Shown here: positions 12,963-25,761 of the stretch, in pieces
Layout of the letters: each line of letters starts with the position of its first letter
Numbering within the stretch: position 1 is the stretch's first letter
Source: Eledone cirrhosa
Lineage: Eukaryota
Length of the DNA stretch: 64,000 nt
Assembly (NCBI GenBank): GCA_964016885.1
Contig: OZ024764.1
Location: 9,796,001 to 9,860,000, forward strand
Reading direction: 5' to 3'
Notes under the pieces: generated by a model
Database searches by the model: none
What the model was told of the DNA's origin: nothing
What the model saw: the letters and a program-made list of their open reading frames with translations, nothing else
Position numbers and translations under genes: made by a program

Positions 12963-13043
12963 GCTATTACCGACGGTTTCATCATTCCAAAAGATTGGAA
13001 ATCCAGAGAATTTCCAATGGAAAGAAATGAATCTTCAGACAGC
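12963..13043 (-). ncRNA. Type I hammerhead ribozyme with extended stem II
   Basis: Reverse complement reads gctgt-CTGAAGA-[ttcatttctttccattggaaat..atttccaatcttttggaatgat]-GAAA-cc gtc gg-TA-atagc. Confidence 0.72.
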
Positions 13044-13153
13044 CTATTTCCACACCATAAGGTTGCAAGCCCTATAGTAAGTAAATATTTCGCTTCCTGC
13101 CCACCGCATGCGGTCAAGCCATTAAAATGTTTGATAACCGCTTGCTCCGCAAC

Positions 13154-13214
<61 letters not shown>

Positions 13215-13677
13215 ATATATATATATAGTAATGTAATAAACAACATAAGATAATTATTTCATTTACCAGTGGTTTTGTGAAGTCAGATACTTGTCTGCCT
13301 TCATTCATCATAAGAAATATTAATTTAATATGGAATAGTGATATAGATTTGAAAACAGAGTTTAGGATAAATGAAAGTGAGGCTGAAATAAAATAACGGG
13401 CATAAATTGTAGCCCACAGAGAGCACTCTCTTTTCCTTTACCTTTACTATATATATATACTTCATTTATATATATGTATGTATGTATGTATAGGCGCCAT
13501 GGAAAAAAGCACCCAGCACTCACTGTAAATGAGGTTGGTGTTGGGAAGGGCATCCAGCTGTAGAAATCAAGCTAGAATCAGTTCCTGTTCCACCCTTGCA
13601 AGCAGGGAAAAGCGGATGTAAAATGATGAGGATGATGATGTATATATATATATGTATGTATATGTATACATGTGTAT

Positions 13678-14463
13678 CATCATCATCATCATCATCAACG
13701 TTTAACGTCCGTGTTCCACGCTTGCATGGGTTTGGACGGGGGTAGTCCCACTTGAGGCAAGAGTGATTGTCTTGCTCGCATAGGACTGTCTGGCAGGTTT
13801 TCTACAGTTGGATGCCCTTCCTAACACCAACCACATTTACAGTGTGGGACTGGGAGGTTTTTACCGTGTTGCCTACACGGCCACATTACAGCGTGGACTG
13901 TGTGTTTTTTTGTCATGACACCTACACGATCTCATTTGTTTCGGCCTGGATGGCGCGGCACCAGCATAACTTTACATAGAACGGGGTGGTGTGGATGGGG
14001 TGGGGGTGGTGGTGGTGGGATGGGGTGTATTTTGTTAGAGATGCCTACTGGCTGGAGTAGGTTTTACTATATATTTAGGTAAGGCGGGTCTTCTCTGTTA
14101 CTGAGTACCGCCAAAGGTCTCGGTCCAGTGACATTGTCTTGGAGAGGTGTAAGTGTGTGATGTCGGAGTTTATCAGCTCGTCCCAGGTTTTTCTAGGTCT
14201 ACCTATTCCGTGACTACCGTCTATCTTTATTGCCCTGCACTTTGTTACACAGCTATCGACTTTCATGCGCATCACGTGTCCATACCAACGTAGCCTTCTC
14301 TCGAGTAAACAACATCTGATCCCTCTTGTCTCTAATTTTTTCTTAGTTCGTTTATGCTTTGCCGTTCACGTATATTACTGTTACACATCCAGCGGAGCAT
14401 GCAAGCTTCGTTCCTCTCTAGTCTGCGTATATCCTCTGCACACAATGCCCAGGTCTCACTGTA
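13678..14463 (-). mobile_element. RTE LINE 3' fragment (subfamily b) with long 3'UTR; related copy at 18722-19290
   Basis: YSETWAL..RRLERNEACMLRWMC, RLRWYGHVMRM, GRPRKTW motifs; (TGA)n tail. Confidence 0.85.
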
Positions 14464-14561
14464 TGTGTATATATATATGTATGTATGTAAAATGGTTATT
14501 AAACAATGATGATATATACATGTATAAGTATATTTATATTGAGTATTTCTTTTTATTTCAG

Positions 14562-14657
14562 GTTCCAATACAAAAGGGAATATGAAAGGTTCAAACTTGT
14601 AGTTAGTTACATCGTAATGTGTCTGTCTTTTATGCAGACTTTCTTTGGGAATTACAG
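14562..14657 (+). CDS. TMEM120: TMEM120 exon (FQYKREYERFKLVVSYIVMCLSFMQTFFGNYR)
   Basis: cag|...|gtgagt, 96 nt, phase-compatible; matches FAYKDEYEKFKL. Confidence 0.95.
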
Positions 14658-15047
14658 GTGAGTGCTGTCTATTGTTCTATTGTCTTGTGGTTCTTATTGT
14701 TGTGTGTGTGTCTGTATATATATATATATATATATATAGATATAATTACGGTATGTACACATTTCTTCTAAGTTTAATTTTACAACTAACTGTGTATGGT
14801 TGATGATATATTTAGTCAGTTTCTACATGCTGTCGAAATGTTGGATAAATAATCTATTGGGGCCACCGTGAAGAGGCCACTTTCAGTTATTTGTCGGAGA
14901 TTTCTTCATAAGAGCCTTTCTTCTTATAGCTTGGTCTAATTGATTTTTTTATATGGTTAATTATGCTAATTAGAGAGGAAATAGTATATATTTTATCTAA
15001 TAATTCCAAGGACATGATTTATGATATATATATATATATATATATAT

Positions 15048-15660
15048 ACTAGCCGAATTACCCGCGCCTTGCTGCGTTTCACACATTTTTTTTGTCAGAA
15101 AATGATTGATTTTAAATCAGTGATATAATTTATGGAGAAAAACTCTGCATTTCAATATTACTCAATGTAAAATGTAACGCATGAAAAATTGGAAAACATC
15201 ATTTTTTGTAATATATCAAATCAAAATTACATTATTAAATCTTATTCTTATTTTGTTTCTTGTAAATAACTTTTTTTCAAAATATCAATTCAAAACTTAA
15301 TCATTTCATTTTTGTAAAAAGTATTATTTTATTTTGGGCTTCCAAAATGTTCACTATAGGGGGGGTTTCACCCCCACCAGAGTGTCTTAATATTATTGAA
15401 ATTTTGTGAATAGGCATCATATCTTGTTATTTACCTATGGTTTAAATTTCATATAAATCGAAGGGAAAAAAATGTTTAGCGGGTGTTTTGCGCGCCCGGG
15501 GAACCCTTTGATTAAAATGAAATATACTTATCCAAGTACCCTGGGCAATGTAGTTTCAGAATATATATGGTTATGGGGGTCTATCTCTAACACCATAGGA
15601 GGAGTTTGTGATCAAACAAACAAACAAACAGACAGGAACTATAACTTTATAGATATATAT
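15048..15660 (+). mobile_element. Non-autonomous Helitron/Helentron (DINE-1-like) element; second copy on the - strand at ~44495-45380
   Basis: Starts actagccgaattacccgcgccttgctgcg and ends in (acaa)n acagacagg..aactttata within (TA)n. Confidence 0.6.
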
Positions 15661-15701
15661 AGATATATACAATATATAATAATTTTCTATTTCTATTTCA
15701 G

Positions 15702-15791
15702 ATGGGTGGATGCTGTCCTTCATTTCCTCCTAGTTTGGTATTATTGTACACTGACCATCAGAGAGAGTATCCTGGTTGTGAATGGATCTAG
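15702..15791 (+). CDS. TMEM120: TMEM120 exon ([30 protein letters not shown])
   Basis: cag|...|gtaatg, 90 nt; [17 protein letters not shown] family signature. Confidence 0.97.
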   Translation: MGGCCPSFPPSLVLLYTDHQREYPGCEWI

Positions 15792-16083
15792 GTAATGGGA
15801 CTTTACCTTCATCTTCGGGGGGGTTTTTTTCATTTTTTCATTTTTTTTTTCATATACCAAGAATCTTTGTGTATATATACACACACACACACACACATAT
15901 ACATACATATACATATTTATATATATATATATATATGTGTCTGATGGTAGCTAAGATGCTTCCATAGGCAGTATGCCAGTTGAGCACTCTATGCTCTTAC
16001 AGAGCAGACTATGATAGAATAGTATATATATATATATATATATACAAAATAAATAGCAATCAAATTGTATTTAAGGCATTTAA

Positions 16084-16133
16084 ATGTTTAGGATCGTTTC
16101 ATCCAGATATAGGTCTGGAATCATCAGAGCATA
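16084..16133 (-). ncRNA. Hammerhead ribozyme motif, partly degenerate; related copy at ~9515-9560
   Basis: atgct-CTGATGA-ttccaga cctata tctggat-GAAA-cgatcc-TA-aacat; mismatches in stems I and III. Confidence 0.5.
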
Positions 16134-16971
16134 TAAAAGGTTAAAACAAATAAATTCCTAATCATTAGAACATTTAACAGGATATATATATATATGGGTG
16201 TGTATATATATATATAGATATAGGTAGATATATTTGATCACTCTTTGTTTTTGCCGAGATAAGTAAGTGACATAGTCACTACTTTGAAAACTGATAGTGA
16301 ATGGTCTTCAAAATGTTTTTAATTAAACATACAGTATATTGCCAAATATATACATTCATGTATACATCTCTATTTCAGAGCAGCAATACTAATAAATATA
16401 TATACATATATGGAGGCACATGGCTTAGTGGTTAGAGCATTGGCCTTGCAATCGAAAGGTTGTGAGTTCAATTCTCAGACCGGGTGATGTGTTGTTTCCT
16501 TGAGCAAGACACTTTATTTCACATTGCTCCAGTTTACTCAGCTGTAGAAATGAGATGATAGGGACTGATGTCCCTATCATTCCACTGCAAAGTGGTCGTG
16601 TAGGTGCTACGGCAAAAAAGGCACCCAGCACTCACTGTAAATGAGGTTGGTGTTAGGAAGGGCATCCAACTGTAGAAATCAAGCCAGAATCAGTTCCCGT
16701 CCCACCCTTGCAAGCAGGGAAAAAGCGGACGTAAAATGAAATGATGATGATGATGATATATAAGTAGTAACACAACAGTTAGTTCACCTTATGCAGATTC
16801 TCAGCAGTCCGAGCTGAGGATCTGCATAAGGGGAAACAATTGTTCTTGGTATGGTGAACTAACTCTTGTGTTACTACTTCTACCAAACTCGTCCCATGGA
16901 CTGAGTGCTCTACTACTACGGATATTACCTTCCATTTTACCTTTATATAAATATATATATATATATATATG

Positions 16972-17530
16972 CAGGGATTGGACAAAATAATGGAAAAACC
17001 TAGCATCATAATTTTGAAATATCTATAAAACCATCAAAAGCTTGTTTATTTTTATTGTTCTCGAGGTGGTCATTAAGCTCTGCAGTAATTTTGGGAGCTG
17101 TACTTTCGTGATCCTTTCTGACAATTCGCGTAAGAGTCCGACGGCCCCTATCTGAAAGTTTTGGTTTTCTTCCAACATTTTGTTTCGACGAGGGGGTTTT
17201 TCCCTCTTTCTCAAAGGCTGTCATTACTTTCGAGACAGTACTTCTTCATACACCAAACATTTCGGTTGTTTTCATTACACTAGCGCCTGCCATACGAGCA
17301 CCAACAATTTGACCTCCTTGAAAGTCCGATAGCTCTGTCATTTTAATGAATTTTAATTACCTTTTACTGATGATATCTGAAAAGAAACAGCAATTTTAAC
17401 AAAACATATTAAGCAACACTAATAATAAATCAAAAAACATAAAAATAAACAAGCTTTTGACAGTTTTATAGATATTTCAGAATTATGATGCTATGATGCT
17501 AGCTGTTTCCATTATTTTGTCCAACCCCTG
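16972..17530 (-). mobile_element. Internally deleted Tc1/mariner transposon
   Basis: TIRs cagggattggacaaaataatggaaa / tttccattattttgtccaacccctg in TA context; transposase N-terminus (..GQIVGARMAG..GRKPKLSDRGRRTLTRIVRK) with a stop; no DDE domain. Confidence 0.9.
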
Positions 17531-17674
17531 TATATATATATATATTTAGAGAGAGGGAGAGACACGCATACATACATATTTTTACATGGGTTTGAAGGGT
17601 CTTTTCCAATTCAACTCTCTCCCTGCCCTTATCTGTTGTGGTCTCTATAATGTCTGCCATTTATTCTATTTCAG

Positions 17675-17740
17675 AATCAAAGGTTGGTGGTTGACTCACC
17701 ATTTCATCTCAACTGTTTGTGCCGGTATCTCTCTAATTTG
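17675..17740 (+). CDS. TMEM120: TMEM120 exon (IKGWWLTHHFISTVCAGISLIW)
   Basis: cag|...|gtgagt, 66 nt; GWWxxHH motif. Confidence 0.96.
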
Positions 17741-18030
17741 GTGAGTGTTGATGTTGTTGTTGTAGTTGGTAGTTTGTTGTTGTCGTGGAGTGTGGATGTT
17801 GTGTTGGCGGTATGTTGTAGTTCTGGTGGTTGTCGTGTTCTGGTATGATGTAGTTTCTTGTTGTTGGTGGCATTGAGGTAGTGGTGGTGGTAGTAGTGTT
17901 GTAGAAGTGCTTGTTGTTTTAGTAATAGTGGTGTGTTGGAGTTGTGTTTGTTGCTGTGGTATTGTTGTTGTTGTTGTTGATGTAATATCTAATATATATT
18001 ATATTATGAAATATCTATTTCTCTTTCCAG

Positions 18031-18092
18031 GCCTGATGGTTGGTCGTATCAAACTTTCCGCACACGATATGTCATATTTATAATGTACCTCA
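18031..18092 (+). CDS. TMEM120: TMEM120 exon (PDGWSYQTFRTRYVIFIMYL)
   Basis: cag|...|gtaagt, 62 nt; WPDG..YQ.FR. Confidence 0.95.
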
Positions 18093-19296
18093 GTAAGTAA
18101 ATATATAGATATATATACCTTAGTGTGTGTATAGTGTATATATACTGTGGAGGCACATGGCTTAGTGGTTAGAGCATTGGCCTTGCAATCGAAAGGTTGT
18201 AAGTTCAATTCTCAGACCGGGTGATGTGTTGTTTCCCTGAGCAAGACACTTTATTTCACATTGCTCCAGTTTACTCAGCTGTAGAAATGAGATGATAGGG
18301 ACTGGGGTCCCAATCATTCCACTGCAAAGTGGTCGTGGAGGTGCCACGGCAAAAAAAGCACCCAGCACTCACTGTAAAGTGGCCGTGGAGGTGCCACAAC
18401 AAAAAAGCACCCAGCCCACACTGTAAAGTGCATGTGGAGGCGCCATGGAAAAGAAAAGCACCAAGCACTCACTGTAAATGAGGTTGGTGTTAGGAAGGGC
18501 ATCCAGCTGTAGAAATCGAGCCAGAATCAGTTCCCGTCCCACCCTTGCAAGCAGGGAAAAGTGGACGTAAAATGATGAGGATGATGATGTATATATATAT
18601 ATGTATGTATACAATCTCGGCTCTGTAAAACATTTGATAATTTGCATTGAGCCTTTTGTCATACCGGTAACGGGCTACTACTTAGTACTACCCTCCATAT
18701 TTATAGTTGTATTGAACATATATAATGTCCATCTTCCACGCTACCATGGATTTGACGGGTGTTGTCCCACTTGAGGCAAGGTTGGTCGGGTGACCGTGTC
18801 TCGCTCGTATAGGACTATCTGGCAGGTTTTCTATGGTTGGATGCCCTTCCTAACACCAACCACATTTACAGTGTGGAACTGGGAACTTTTTACCGTGTTA
18901 CCTACACAACCACATTACAGCGTGGACTGTGTGTGTTTTTTTGTCGTGACACCTACACGATCTCGATCTCATTATCTCATTTATTTGACTGGATGTTGTG
19001 GTACCAACTTTACAGAGAGAGGGTGGTGATGGTGGGAGTGGGAGGATAGGGTAGGGGTAGTGGATTGGGGGTGTATATTTGGTTAAGAGGTGCCTACTGA
19101 CTGTAGGTTTCGCTTTGTACATAGGCAAGGCGGGTCTTCTGTATTACTGCGTAGCGCCAAAGATCTCGGTCCAGTGACATTGTCTTAGAGAGGTGCAAGT
19201 GTGTAAGGTCGGAATTTATCAGATCGTCCCAGGTTTTTCTGGGTCTACCTACTCCGTAACTACCATCAACTTTGATCGCCCTGCACTTTTTTTTAT

Positions 19297-19328
<32 letters not shown>

Positions 19329-19537
19329 ACAAAGGGATTGTGATAAGGAACCAGATGGACCATAACGCACCAGAGTACTCAATACTTAGAGTAGAGAGTG
19401 GGAATAGGAAAAAGTATGACCCCGACGGCAGAGCTCAAGCCGTTTCGACGGCTATTTCTGGACTATATATATATATACTGTACATAATATATATAAACTA
19501 TATATACAGTGTATATATAGTTTATATTATAATATTC

Positions 19538-19944
19538 TAGTGTGTCCATGTAGGGGCTCCCAAAGGAGCACTGAGTGCAATGTCAACTCTGGATGTCGGT
19601 GAGCATGTCCAGCTAACCTCAGTCTCCTCTGTGTCACTTTTGGGATGCTCCTATACAGCTCTGAGTTTTTCATCCACAGTGTATACTGATTAATGTTCAG
19701 AGCCATCCTCAGCATTCTCGTGTAGCACCCATCCACCATCTGATTGAGTTTCTTGGTCAGTGTCCAAGTCTCAGACCCATACAGTATGGACACACTAGAA
19801 GAGGAAGACCAAGGTTAACGTATGTTGATGCGCTAAGGACAGACACTGGTCTGTTGGAGACGCAGGACATGGCAGCGATAATGAGGGACAGAGACCACTG
19901 GAGAGAACTCGTCCATGGATCTCGGGAATTTTACCCGCCTTAGA
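19538..19944. mobile_element. 5'-inverted RTE-like LINE fragment with 12-bp TSD; uninverted relative at 36536-36768 (+)
   Basis: - strand YGSETWTL..RLRLAGH joined to + strand RRGRPRLTY..; attataatattc flanks both sides. Confidence 0.85.
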
Positions 19945-20033
19945 ATTATAATATTCAAGACTGCACTTACTCAACGAAACTGCAGTTGTGACATGGAAGT
20001 AAATTGGTAAATCTTTCTTTATCTTGTTTCTAG

Positions 20034-20126
20034 GTTTTGTCTATGTTATGCAATATTACTACCAAAACGGTTGCCTCTATCGGCTTCGGACTCTTGGCAA
20101 AAGACACGGCATGGATATAACAGTAG
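20034..20126 (+). CDS. TMEM120: TMEM120 exon ([31 protein letters not shown])
   Basis: tag|...|gtgagt, 93 nt; QYYYQxGCLYRLR signature. Confidence 0.97.
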
Positions 20127-20224
20127 GTGAGTTGTCTTACTTACTTATTCTTGTTCTTCCCTCAGTTACGTCCCTTGAATGGTCGCTGTTGATTGTGTGT
20201 GTTTAAGGTTATAAATATACCTAG

Positions 20225-20768
20225 TACACTGTAAAGTGGTAGTACTGGTGCCATGATAAAATACACCCAGTACACTCTGTAAAGTGGTAGTACTGGTGCC
20301 AGGATAAAATACACCCACTACACTCTGTAATGTGGTAGTGATGGTGTCACGATAAAATACACCCAGTACACTATGTAAAGTGGTAGTGCTGGTGTCATGA
20401 TAAAATACACCAAGTACACTTTGTAAAGTGGTAGTGTTGGTGTCATGATAAAATACACCCAGTACACTCTGTAAAGTAGTAGTGTTGGTGTCATGATAAA
20501 ATACACCCAGTACACTCTGTAAAGTGGTAGTGTTGGTGTCATGATAAAATACACCCAGTACACTTTGTAAAGTGGTAGTGATGGTGTCATGATAAAATAC
20601 ACCCAGTACACTCTGTAAAGTGGTAGTGTTGGTGTCGTGATAAAATACACCCAGTACACTCTGTAAAGTGGTAGTGTTGGTGTCGTGATAAAATACACCC
20701 AGTACACTCTGTAAAGTGGTAGTGATGGTGTCATGATAAAATACACCCAGTACACTCTGTAAAGTGGT
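20225..20768. repeat. 48-bp tandem repeat, ~11 copies, related to the SINE1 / RTE 3'UTR segment
   Basis: Unit tacactctgtaaagtggtagtgttggtgtcatgataaaatacacccag. Confidence 0.93.
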
Positions 20769-20861
20769 CAGTGCTGAGAAAGTCACCCAGCCATAAATGG
20801 AACGCATGAGCACATCGTGTCCGGAACATAACTTAACCCAGGTTCTAATTATTTCTTTCAG

Positions 20862-20926
20862 AGGGATTCATGTCGTGGATGTGGAAAGGTTTAGCATTTC
20901 TTCTGCCACTTCTTTTTTTTGGTTAT
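20862..20926 (+). CDS. TMEM120: TMEM120 exon (EGFMSWMWKGLAFLLPLLFFGY)
   Basis: cag|...|gtaagt, 65 nt; matches [21 protein letters not shown]. Confidence 0.96.
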
Positions 20927-21084
20927 GTAAGTATACTTTCCTTCCATGTCTGTCTGTCTGTCACTCGGTTTATCTGTCCATTACCTGGTCTTTGTCTGTC
21001 TGGTTGTGTAACTGTCTGTTCTGTCAGCTTGACCACTTTATAGGTTGGACTGGATGCTTTCTGTCGTGTCAACAGCATGACCAC

Positions 21085-24000
21085 CTTATCATCATCATCA
21101 TCATTTTACGTCCGCTTTTCCCTGCTTGCAAGGGTGGGACGGGTCCTATTCAACACAGCATCTTTCCACTTGTCACAGTCCTTTGTCATCTCCTCCTTGA
21201 ACTGCAGCGATCTGAGGTCAGCTCTCACCACCTCCGCCCATGGTTTTCGTGGTCTTCCTCTACTGTGTCTTCCTTGCACTGGGATTTCTTGGCACTTCTT
21301 TACCCATCGGTCATCTTCCATGCGCATCACATGTCCATACCATCTCAGTCTTCTCTCCCACACACCACAACCTATCCCTCTTATACACAGTTTCTCTCTC
21401 AACACATCACATGTCCATACCATCTCGGTCTTCTCTCCCACACACCACAACCTATCCCTCTTATACACAGTTTCTCTCTCAACACATCACATGTCCATAC
21501 CATCTCAGTCTTCTCTCCCACACACCACAACCTATCCCTCTTAAACACAGTTTCTCTCTCAACACATCACATGTCCATACCATCTCAGTCTTCTCTCCCA
21601 CACACCACAACCTATCCCTCTTAAACACAGTTTCTCTCTCAACACATCACATGTCCATACCATCTCAGTGTTCTCTCCCACACACCACAACCTATCCCTC
21701 TTATACACAGTTTCTCTCTCAACACATCACATGTCCATACCATCTCAGTCTTCTCTCCCACACACTACAACCTATCCCTCTTATACCCAGTTTCTCTCTC
21801 AACACATCACATGTCCATACCATCTCAGTCTTCTCTCCCACACACCACAACTTATCCCTCTTAAACACAGTTTCTCTCTCAACACATCACATGTCCATAC
21901 CATCTCAGTCTTCTCTCCCACACACCACAACCTATCCCTCTTAAACACAGTTTCTCTCTCAACACATCACATGTCCATACCATCTCAGTCTTCTCTCCCA
22001 CACACCACAACCTATCCCTCTTAAACACAGTTTCTCTCTCAACACATCACATGTCCATACCATCTCAGTCTTCTCTCCCACACACCACAACCTATCCCTC
22101 TTATACACAGTTTCTCTCTCAACACATCACATGTCCATACCATCTCAGTCTTCTCTCCCACACACTACAACCTATCCCTCTTATACCCAGTTTCTCTCTC
22201 AACACATCACATGTCCATACCATCTCAGTCTTCTCTCCCACACACCACAACTTATCCCTCTTAAACACAGTTTCTCTCTCAACACATCACATGTCCATAC
22301 CATCTCAGTCTTCTCTCCCACACACCACAACCTATCCCTCTTATACCCAGTTTCTCTCTCAACACATCACATGTCCATACCATCTCAGTCTTCTCTCCCA
22401 CACACTACAACTTATCCCTCTTATACACAGTTTCTCTCTCAACACATCACATGTCCATACCATCTCAGTCTTCTCTCCCACACACCACAACTTATCCCTC
22501 TTATACCCAGTTTCTCTCTCAACACATCACATGTCCATACCATCTCAGTCTTCTCTCCTACACACTACAATTTATCCCTCTTATACACAGTTTCTCTCTC
22601 AACACATCACATGTCCATACCATCTCAGTCTTCTCTCCCACACACCACAACTTATCCCTCTTATACCCAGTTTCTCTCTCAACACATCACATGTCCATAC
22701 CATCTCAGTCTTCTCTCCCACACACTACAACTTATCCCTCTTATACACAGTTTCTCTCTCAACACATCACATGTCCATACCATCTCAGTCTTCTCTCCCA
22801 CACACCACAACTTATCCCTCTTATACCCAGTTTCTCTCTCAACACATCACATGTCCATACCATCTCAGTCTTCTCTCCCACACACTACAATTTATCCCTC
22901 TTATACACAGTTTCTCTCTCAACACATCACATGTCCATACCATCTCAGTCTTCTCTCCCACACACCACAACTTATCCCTCTTATACCCAGTTTCTCTCTC
23001 AACACATCACATGTCCATACCATCTCAGTCTTCTCTCCCACACACTACAACTTATCCCTCTTATACACAGTTTCTCTCTCAACACATCACATGTCCATAC
23101 CATCTCAGTCTTCTCTCCCACACACCACAACTTATCCCTCTTATACCCAGTTTCTCTCTCAACACATCATATGTCCATACCATCTCAGTCTTCTCTCCCA
23201 CACACCACAACTTATCCCTCTTATACCCAGTTTCTCTCTCAACACATCACATGTCCATACCATCTCAGTCTTCTCTCCCACACACTACAATTTATCCCTC
23301 TTATACACAGTTTCTCTCTCAACACATCACATGTCCATACCATCTCAGTCTTCTCTCCCACACACCACAACTTATCCCTCTTATACCCAGTTTCTCTCTC
23401 AACACATCACATGTCCATACCATCTCAGTCTTCTCTCCCACACACTACAATTTATCCCTCTTATACACAGTTTCTCTCTCAACACATCACATGTCCATAC
23501 CATCTCAGTCTTCTCTCCCACACACTACAACTTATCCCTCTTATACACAGTTTCTCTCTCAACACATCACATGTCCATACCATCTCAGTCTTCTCTCCCA
23601 CACACCACAACTTATCCCTCTTATACCCAGTTTCTCTCTCAACACATCACATGTCCATACCATCTCAGTCTTCTCTCCCACACACTACAATTTATCCCTC
23701 TTAAACACAGTTTCTCTCTCAACACATCACATGTCCATACCGTCTCAGTCTTCTCTCCCACACACCACAACTTATCCCTCTTATACACAGTTTCTCTCTC
23801 AACACATCACATGTCCATACCATCTCAGTCTTCTCTCCCACACACTACAATTTATCCCTCTTAAACACAGTTTCTCTCTCAACACATCACATGTCCATAC
23901 CATCTCAGTCTTCTCTCCCACACACCACAACTTATCCCTCTTATACACAGTTTCTCTCTCAACACATCACATGTCCATACCATCTCAGCCTTCTCTCCCA

Positions 24001-24590
24001 CACACCACAACTTATCCCTCTTATACACAGTTTCTCTCTCAACACATCACATGTCCATACCATCTCAGTCTTCTCTCCCACACACCACAACTTATCCCTC
24101 TTAAACACAGTTTCTCTCTCAACACATCACATGTCCATACCATCTCAGTCTTCTCTCCCACACACCACAACCTATCCCTCTTATACACAGTTTCTCTCTC
24201 AACACATCACATGTCCATACCATCTCAGTCTTCTCTCCCACACACCACAACTTATCCCTCTTATACACAGTTTCTCTCTCAACACATCACATGTCCATAC
24301 CATCTCAGTCTTCTCTCCCACACACCACAACTTATCCCTCTTATACACAGTTTCTCTCTCAACACATCACATGTCCATACCATCTCAGTCTTCTCTCCCA
24401 CACACTACAATTTATCCCTCTTAAACACAGTTTCTCTCTCAACTCATCCATGCTCGGTCGCTCACGCACATTGACACTGCACATCCAACGGAACATTGCT
24501 TGCTTCATTTCTCTCCAGTCGTCACATATCCTCTGCAGTTGCTGCCCGTGTCTCACTACCATGCAGCATCACACCTCACGCAGGTATCAT
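21085..24590 (-). mobile_element. RTE LINE 3' fragment (subfamily a) containing an 80-bp tandem array (~39 copies, ~21325-24445)
   Basis: RRLRWYGHVMRMEDDRWVKKC..GRPRKPW; colinear with 45380-45820 apart from the array. Confidence 0.92.
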
Positions 24591-24732
24591 ATTACCGGCA
24601 GAATGGATATACATACATAATATATATATATATATATATATATATGTAAAAGGTAAACAGAAATAACAACACAATCGGTACAGTATCCGGAAGGGATATA
24701 TTAGGTTAACGCTTGAAATAGGAGGAAGAGGG

Positions 24733-24768
24733 TCTTAACGTTTCGGAAGCTAGTCCTTCATCAGAAGA
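24733..24768 (-). ncRNA. Minimal type I hammerhead ribozyme (Penelope-type, palindromic stem III)
   Basis: tctt-CTGATGA-agga ctagct tcc-GAAA-cg-TT-aaga. Confidence 0.7.
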
Positions 24769-25315
24769 AAGTGTGAGAAATAAGATAGATTGAGAGGACG
24801 ACGGGCAGGTTGGAATTGGAAAAAATGTCTTTAGATAAAAATAACAGGTCCATTCATGTTGACATCTCTTGCAAAACTGTTGGTGCTGGCGTCTTGTGTA
24901 TGGTTTATTTTTTAGAAAAGTGGATGATGTAGCGTGTCTACCTGAAATAGAAAAAAAAACGTTTTGTAATAAGAGTTATACTTGAGCACGTGTGTAAGCG
25001 TGTGTGTGTGTTGTTATATGTGTAAGTGTGTGTGTGTGTGTGTTATACATCCGTATGAAGCTAAGAAGAAATGTAAGTGTAAGCATTTCTGTAGAAAAGG
25101 AAAGAAGAGTGCTCTATGTATAGTACAGAGCTATTTAAGCACGTGTGTAAGCGTGTGTGTGTGTTGTTATATGTGTAAGTGTGTGTGTGTGTGTTATACA
25201 TCCGTATGAAGCTAAGAAGAAATGTAAGTGTAAGCATTTCTGTAGAAAAGGAAAGAAGAGTGCTCTATGTATAGTACAGAGCTATTTAAGTACATAATAA
25301 ACAACACAATATAAT

Positions 25316-25471
25316 TATTCCATTACCAAAGGTTTCAAGAAGTTAGATGATTCTTGCAAGAAACTTCTAGCTTGTTCATCAGACAAAATTAATAATTGTT
25401 TTGTCTGATGAACAAGTTGGATGTTTCCTGAAGGAATCATCTAGTTTCTTGGAACCTTCGGTAATGAAATA
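25316..25471. ncRNA. Inverted pair of hammerhead motifs (- strand core intact; + strand copy has GGAA for GAAA)
   Basis: tttgt-CTGATGA-acaag...ctt-GAAA-cc ttt gg-TA-atgg on -, mirrored on +. Confidence 0.6.
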
Positions 25472-25554
25472 ATTATGTTTTTATTATGTAATTAAATATA
25501 TACACTCAGACACCACACACACACCACACACACACACACACCACACACATACGT

Positions 25555-25588
<34 letters not shown>

Positions 25589-25761
25589 TCTGTAAGGTGG
25601 TCATGCTGGTGGTCTGCCAGAAACAGTCCTATACAAGTGAGACACGGTCACCTGACCAATCTTGCCTCAAGTGGGACAATCCCGTCTAACCCATGCTAGT
25701 GTGGAAGATGGACATTAAACGATGATGATGATGATGATACATTTTTTTTTTTCTACTTCAG

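Noticed and set aside
22051-24474. 807-aa and overlapping ORFs
   Set aside because: Antisense read-through of the 80-bp RTE-derived array
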